This document shows positions 58,101 through 64,000 of a stretch of DNA of 64,000 nt, one piece after another. A model generated the notes under the pieces. That model did not search any database. It saw only the letters and a program-made list of their open reading frames with translations, and was not told where the DNA came from. Position numbers and translations under genes: made by a program. Each line of letters begins with the position of its first letter. Within the stretch, counting starts at the first letter, position 1. Source of the DNA: Zootoca vivipara (Eukaryota). The DNA lies in the NCBI RefSeq assembly GCF_963506605.1, contig NC_083279.1, forward strand, positions 69,564,001-69,628,000, given 5' to 3'.

Positions 58101-61100
58101 TATCCGGGTTTGAGGGAAGCAAGCTTTCAAAACAGTGAGAGCAGAAAAAGAAGGAGTGATGTTTTCTCAAATCAACGTAACATATATTCCTCACCGAAAT
58201 CACCGCTACCAAGTGTAAGTAACTTTTGCACGTTTTTGTAGCAGTAAAGATTGAGAAATTGTGCCAGTGGCTTATAAGTCATTTTACATTTAACGCATGC
58301 ATACATATGTCAGTATATAGTAAGATTTAAATCCCAATAGTGTTTGTACCAAACTCTGAAAATTAAAAAGGCTCAGATACATAAACAAGGCGATCTGTTT
58401 TCGAGTCTTATGTGAAAAGCTTTGCACTCAAAAATGGGGCTGAAAAGGTTTAGAAGAATCTAGATTTTCCAGAGGCCTCTAGGCTAAGGTTACCAGACGT
58501 CCCCGTTGCCCGGGGACAGTCCCTGGATTTGCAAATCAGTCCCCATATAAAATCCATTGAAGTTGAAAAGTGTCCCCGGATTCATTGAGAAAAAAGGTGG
58601 TAACCTTACTCTAGGCTCAAGGCCAGGTTGCGAGCTACAGATTTCTGAGCTTCCCACCTTCTAGTGGAGCTCATGTTCTTCCCATAGCCTTCCGGGTTTA
58701 CTCCATGAGAGTGGCAGTTTTTGCAGGAAGGAGATACTTGATTGTATGAGGAGGAGAACAGCTGTGAGGCCTGTAGCAGTGACTGGCTCTGTGGTCTCGT
58801 TCGAGGCATTCTGAGGCTCAGGAGCTTCCGTGCAACTTTCCCCACTCCTAACCTTAATCGGGTTCTTCCCACTGTTCTTTTGAGTTCCTGCAGCAGTGGG
58901 TTTAATTGAAAGCTTATTCGTAATTTTCCACGTGTGAAGAAACTTAAATTTACTGCCCAGCCCCAGAGTCATCCTGACTTTTTGAAACAAGCTTTCATTT
59001 CATTTCATTTTAATTTTGCAGAAAGAACAGAGAACAGAACCAATTCAGTTACCTGGCTGCAGGAGCTCAGGTGAGAATTGCCCGAGTCACACGCATAGTC
59101 CTCAGCAGGAAAATATTCCCCAACCATTGGAAATGGACTGTAGTGAAGCATTTGCCAGCACCAATGAGAACACTGCTGCCCACTGTCCAGGGGAAAAATG
59201 GTCCTACTCTTCTCCCAAGAGAAAGCAGCCTTCTGTCACCAGTAAGGATGAGCTGGTTTCCCCACTCCTCAGCTCTGCTCAGAAAAAGAAATCAAATACA
59301 ACTCTACCTCCCAAAGAGCCATTGAATAGATCTGAAAGGAGTAAAAAGTCGGCTGATTCAACTGAACCAAGTATGTAACTGTAACTCCCTTCCCTTGTTT
59401 CCAGTCACTTGGAGTTGGGGGCCTTACACCACTTTCATTTTGCTTTAGTTGTGCTTTCTAGTGATGAAGAAGAGGGACCCGCAGAGACAGAAGATCCAGA
59501 GAGAGACCTGCAGACTGGGGAAAGCCTCAAACCTGAGGAGGAGGAAATGGAACAAGAAGCTGCATTACCTTTGTCAGAAGGGCAGCTATCACAGGTTGCA
59601 GCTGAAAGTGAAACAGAACAAGTAAACAATCAGCTCTATAGAAACTTTTCCTTCTCTTTATCATGCTAGAAGCCATATCATGTATCACTCCTGTATGATC
59701 TGGTCACCCCCCATAGATATCAAAAGGATAGTGCACACCACTTCTAACCAAATTTTCAGTGGAGCTTACTTCTCGAAACTCGAAATTACGGCCTCACAGT
59801 GAATTCGTAGGGATTTTAAAACGTCTTTCTCTAGCATCATATTTAGAAACATCCACAGCTCTTCCTTGGGTAATAGCTGCATAAATGGCACCACCGTGTG
59901 GTAAAAAAATGATTACCAGGGATTCAGTACATTATCAGCCTGGTACATTCAGTATGGTACCTTATCTTTTGCTTCAAGCAGTAGAAACTTGATTGTTATC
60001 ATCATCTGTGCATGACACATGTAAAACGGGGGATATGGAATGTCTACTTTAAAAACACTATTTTTTTAGGAAAAAAAATCTTAGAAGTTTGAAATTTGGA
60101 GGAGTGGGGAGAGGAGACAGCCTCACCATGTGTGTGTTGTTTATTTTATAGGTTTCAGCTGAACCGCTTCAACCGTGCTCCTCTGCAGATCATAGCACCT
60201 TCGGCGATCAGATGGGTCTTGCCTTAGATATAAATTTTGAAATGATTTATATTGGAAAATATAAAGGAAAAGCAACAGGTTGTGCCAGAGTAAGTTTAAT
60301 GCTACTGATCCATGGCGGTCAGGAGCTTTTCCATAAAGCTCTTGAACTTGCCTTTCTTGAACAACAGCCTTCCCTCATTCTGAGCCAGAAACTGGGGGCA
60401 GAAAGCATCAGAATAATTTTTTGAATATAGCACTGGAGTCTGCTATCCAAAGGGGAAAAAGTGAAAAGATTCCACTGAGCTTCCAATATGTGCCTAAGCA
60501 GCTCTTTGGCTCATGAGCTTTGTCTCTGGCCAGCACCCAGTCTGCAATTGCAAGTATGTATGTCCTGCTGAGATGTAGTGAGATGTAGACATGCTAAAAA
60601 GAAAAGGTGCAAAACTGCAGCCTAAGTGTTATACAGTAGCTTGCTGCATTGTATGATATGCGATCTTATTTTGAAAGTCCCTCAGTTTAAAAAAGGGTTT
60701 GTGGCACAAAGTGGGGATGCTTCTATTTAGCTTAAAAATAAGCTACTTTCTTAAAAATAAGTTTATTAAATGTTCACCTTTTGAGTAGAACATTCTGTGA
60801 GGTGAATGCACTTAAGATTGCCAGGCAAGTGTTAATTTTAGATTCAAAATTTGCAAGATAAAGTTTGGTCAAAACACTCACTTTATTTTACTTTCCTCTG
60901 ATTTAATTTCTAATATATTAGCAGAATGTGTTTCCAATCAGTTCTGTTGAAAATACTTTTTATCTCTCTCTGTTTTCTTTTAAGTTTACCGTCAGCTACA
61001 TTCAGATCCCATTTGAAGGTAAGGCTCTATGACAGACATCCCCAAACTGTGGCCCTCCAGATGTTTTGGCCTACAACTCACATGATCCCTAGCTAACAGG

Positions 61101-64000
61101 ACCAGTGGTCAGGGAAGATGGGAATTCTAGTCCAAAACATCTGGAGGGCCGAAGTTTGAGGATGCCTGCTCTATGATATTTTATTGCCGTTGGGTCACCC
61201 ATTTATATAAATAACAGTTATGTTTAGAAGATCGAAGTATGCTATGTTTTTACAGTGTTGCATGTCACAGTTCCCTCTTATTTAGACCAGGAGTGAGGAC
61301 AAGAGCTCATAATATGAGGAAAGGGAAGTGAGACTGTGAAGCACAGCCTTTTTGATAACGCCCCCCGGTCACCAATTAACCGTAAACTGACATGGTGGGA
61401 GACCCAGGGGCTGCCCCTTCCCAGCCTGTGGACGATGAACAGCATTCAGAGTTACAATATGCTGGGACAGAGTGGCAGAGTTCAGAGGACAGGTAGGTAG
61501 CCGTGTTGGTCTGAGTCGAAGCAAAATAAAAAAATTCCTTCAGTAGCACCTTAAAGACCAACTAAGAGTTCAGAGGAGGAGGCTCGCCCAGCAATCTCTC
61601 TTGCAGAGAGATGATTCTTCAAGAGAAGATTGGAGTCTTGTCCCCCTGGAAGAAGTTCCTGACTTCAGGTCAGGAATTCCTACAGACATAGGGATTCTTG
61701 CAAGTAGTTAAGCTTTCTCTGTCTCTGCTTAGCAGCTAGGCAGGCCAGCAGAGGAACTTGTTGTAACGACTTCACAGCTCCCATGCAGTCTTGGAACTTA
61801 GTGAAAATCTTGGACTCCTGAACTTTGGCCCTTCCTGTTGGTTGGCCTTGCAGAAACACCTGGACTAGATTCTGCTCTTTGTTGACCACTGAATTTGTAC
61901 TGTTAGACTGCTGTGATAAATGTTCACTTTATTACTTACAAGTAAACACACCAGTGGTTTAGTCTTGGGTAGGAGCCAGGGCATTGCCTATTGCTAAAAA
62001 TAATAATAAAGCCTAAAAAAACCCTCAACTTTTTCAGAAGTGTCTAATATTTACATGTATTGGGGCAGGATGGCAATTTTTAATACAATTCACAATTCCA
62101 GCAAAAAGAGTACAGTAGTAGGGTATCCCAGGTTCAGTCTCTGACATCTCCAGTTTTAAAAGAATGATAGCAAACAACTGTAAGAACTCTGCCCTAAATA
62201 CCCTTGTAAACTGCTTCCAGTCAGAATAGACAGTACTGAATTAAATGGACAAAGAAATTGACCTGGTATAAGTCAGTGTCCCTTCAATTTCACATAATAT
62301 GCTGTTTTGGAAAGAAGTGTTGACTGCTAGAGATAATGAGTCAAGCTTAGGATATCTGATATACTAGAAGTGTGGCAAGTTTTGGATGAATGGCTGTTCA
62401 CATTTTTCAGAAATGATTTCATGTTCTTGAGAATCACGGTTTTGCATCTTGCTTAGTGATTATTTCCTTGAAAAATGGTAATGTGATTTTTCCTTGAAAA
62501 ATGGTAATGTGGGTTGCTGGTGCAAGTCAATCCTGTATATCATCTTGTGCATTTCAAATTCTGTTCCCTGCAGTGGCTCATAAGAAGATTGAACTGTCAG
62601 TGGATTCCGTGCACTTAAGAAAGTTTGGGCTGTGGATGAATAAAGATTCTTCAACTTCGAGGAGCTGCAATACCATTTTTCTTTGGCTGTCATCGGATTA
62701 TGTGGAGCAGATTGAAAAGCAAATTGGAACACTTATATTAAACAAGCAAGGTAGTTGGGAAATAATTAAATAATTTGATTCATACCCGGAAATGGAGGGA
62801 GAGAGCTGGAGACTCCTTGTGGCTCGTGAGCCCAAAGAGGACGTTGGTGAGAGCAGAGAAGGGACTGGAGGCGCAGTGGGGCTTTGTTCGGCGGCTCAGA
62901 CTCCCCGTCTAATAGCTGATGTGCATGGTGGCGCAGCAGCTGCTGCCATCGCTTTTTTGCGCAGGCTCCAGCCGGTCCCAGAGCTTGTATTCCAGTTGTG
63001 GATATTTTTGGTACTGTACAGTATTTTTGATCTGGATTGGAGAGCCGCAGAGAGGGCATTTAAATGGTGCTTAGGGAGTGCTTTTCACTTAACACTTGCG
63101 GAGCACCGGAACATAACCCCCAAATAAGTGGGGAGTCGCCTGCAGGCAGCTTCCAGTGTGAACCAGGTCCTCCCTGGGAGCAAAGAGTCAAGCTGAAGTG
63201 CACAGCCCCGACCTTGACGCCCCTACTCCCACTTCCCATCCGTGTAAGCTACAGTGTTGGGAGAGCAACCCTACCAGCACCACCGAGCACCAAGTTCAGT
63301 AGGTGGCAACTGATGGCAACCAGCTGTAGTGCCCTATTTGTGGATGGCCGCCCAGCAGTCACCCTCGTGCATCAGGCTGACGTCTTTTTATGCTCCCAGA
63401 GCTTCTTAAATGTCACTTGGTTGCTCTTCTTTTTCACCTGCAATGCTTTTATGTCCTGTTTGCTTCTATATTTTCAATTTTCTACTTTTTGTTCTGTTCT
63501 TAATTTTTGTTGTTGTTTCCCACACCGAGAGCAGTATTAAACAAATGAATAAGCAAAGAAAGAAAATATTCTAAATCTACTGTTTCAGTGGAAGATAACA
63601 GCTTAAAGAGACATCGCAATATGTTGCCATGTTTGCACTTCTGTTTGTAAGCTGCTTTGGTCGGCTCATTTTTGTGAAGAGGGAAAGTGGGCACACCTTT
63701 AAATTCATTAGATTTTTGTCTCTTTTGTATTATTTCTGCTCTGCCCTCTGCCTAGGCTACTGACTGGATTGCATAGATAAGTGAATAATAGCAGCTCCAT
63801 AGTACTTATTATAAGTCACTGCTAACACATTGCTTTTTCATTTTTTACAGCCAAGAATGCTGAGTTTATTTTTATTAAGCTGCCTCAGCTGCTTACAGAA
63901 GATGATCAGGTCATACTGAAAAAAATAATTGTGGAAGTGAGGAAGAAGAATGCCTCTCCAGACCTCTGTGACTCCTTACAGTGGCAGGACGCTTTTCTGT
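43148..64000 (+). CDS. SENP7: SUMO-specific protease 7, 5' part; join(43148..43189,44261..44359,46420..46517,51089..51280,53027..53221,57058..57161,58036..58214,59022..59370,59449..59621,60152..60289,60985..61018,62574..62750,63851..>64000)
   Basis: Continuous reading frame across 13 AG/GT exons with matching phases. SENP7 hallmarks: DVHVQSPLS, two QPKVxLT.VL.T..GRKYI repeats, SIM-like EPIVLSSDEE, LDINFEMIYIGKYKGKATGC, YIQIPFE, VDSVHLRKFGLW, IFLWLSSDY, EFIFIKL. The start codon is less certain than the internal exons. Confidence 0.9.
43460..43975 (+). mobile_element. Decayed L2-type LINE 3' fragment (similar remnants at ~42320-42450, ~48835-49145, ~54600-55100)
   Basis: gggctg..ctgaagacagtttggaaacttcagcta...ctgcactgattaccagt... 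phrases and short-repeat tails. Confidence 0.6.
45244..45422. repeat. 85-bp tandem duplication (45244-45328 / 45338-45422, 1 mismatch) with a short templated junction insert
   Basis: Direct comparison of the two copies. Confidence 0.9.
46035..46238. mobile_element. Penelope-like element terminus arranged as an inverted repeat, with a decayed hammerhead core in the loop
   Basis: ~55-bp arms (caaaataaaa..ccttccag..gcaccttagagaccaactaagtttgtc / gacaaacttagttggtctctaagatgc..ctggaagg..ttattttg). The minus strand of the loop reads CTGAAGA-agtgtgcatgcacac-AAAA-gctcatac. Confidence 0.7.
47246..47528. mobile_element. Tc1/mariner (Tigger-like) MITE
   Basis: TIR cagtggtgcctcgct / agcgaggcaccactg, TA TSD. 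Confidence 0.9.
47934..48258. mobile_element. Tc1/mariner (Tigger-like) MITE with an internal tandem duplication
   Basis: Right TIR taaaccgaggtaccactg+TA; the internal unit (ctccgc.gacctgtctggaac.gat.aatccactttcc...gggaaagttcgcttc) is present twice. Confidence 0.8.
52810..52945. mobile_element. hAT-Charlie-type palindromic MITE
   Basis: Family of 8318..8453; TSD ACTTAAAC. Confidence 0.9.
54348..54583 (+). mobile_element. tRNA-derived CORE-type SINE with L2-like tail (Squam3-like); older copy at ~56060-56245
   Basis: A box gtggtgtagtggtt, B box ggttcgcgtcc, CORE-like gggtgaccttgggctagtcac, tail gttagccgctttgagactcc. Confidence 0.8.
55338..55477. mobile_element. Tigger1-like transposon terminus
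   Basis: TA|caggcgtacctc.gagatatt.cgggt.c.gttcc.gaccactgcaataaagc.aat.tcgcaataaag.gagtcacac...agttatgtttacactatactgt resembles a recalled Tigger1 end. Confidence 0.65.
58485..58608. mobile_element. hAT (Blackjack-like) MITE
   Basis: TIR taaggttacca / tggtaacctta; 8-bp TSD CTCTAGGC. Confidence 0.85.
61033..61168. mobile_element. hAT-Charlie-type palindromic MITE
   Basis: Family of 8318..8453; TSD CTCTATGA; begins 14 nt after the 34-nt SENP7 exon. Confidence 0.9.
61490..61564. mobile_element. Short Penelope-like fragment flanked by a 13-bp direct repeat AGAGTTCAGAGGA
   Basis: Homologous to the arm of 46035..46238 (ggtagccgtgttggtctga...gcaccttaaagaccaacta); repeats at 61477-61489 and 61565-61577. 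Confidence 0.7.
62463..62511. repeat. 23-bp direct repeat tttccttgaaaaatggtaatgtg, two copies
   Basis: Copies at 62463-62485 and 62489-62511. Confidence 0.85.

Noticed and set aside
58606-58990. Antisense ORFs (88 and 109 aa) in a SENP7 intron
   Set aside because: No recognisable homology or splice structure. A decayed insertion cannot be excluded but cannot be supported.
61260-62000. LTR-like composition in a SENP7 intron (also GC-rich 62790-63540)
   Set aside because: No termini or TSD could be defined by eye; left unannotated pending a repeat search.

Overview
Vertebrate nuclear DNA, most likely a squamate and probably a lacertid lizard, judging from the Sauria SINE, BovB and Squam-type SINE content. 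It is a compact housekeeping-gene block syntenic with human 3q12.3. In order: 3' coding exons of ZBTB11 (+); PCNP (-, exon 2 partly inside a 133-N gap); TRMT10C (-, single coding exon); TXNL4B/DIM2 (+, 3 exons, head-to-head with TRMT10C); an intact FAM172B/ARB2-family gene (-); and the 5' part of SENP7 (+, at least 13 coding exons, truncated by the window end). In FAM172B the alpha/beta-hydrolase motif residues are all substituted. A full-length BovB LINE with an intact ORF and a perfect 12-bp TSD lies upstream of FAM172B. There are three CpG-island promoters, two apparently bidirectional. Many young hAT and Tc1/mariner MITEs with verifiable TSDs, Sauria SINEs, tRNA-derived SINEs, CR1/L2 remnants and Penelope-like fragments (one with a decayed hammerhead ribozyme core) fill the introns. 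Exon boundaries were read by hand from GT/AG sites and phase continuity. Family names come from recalled sequences, not database searches.
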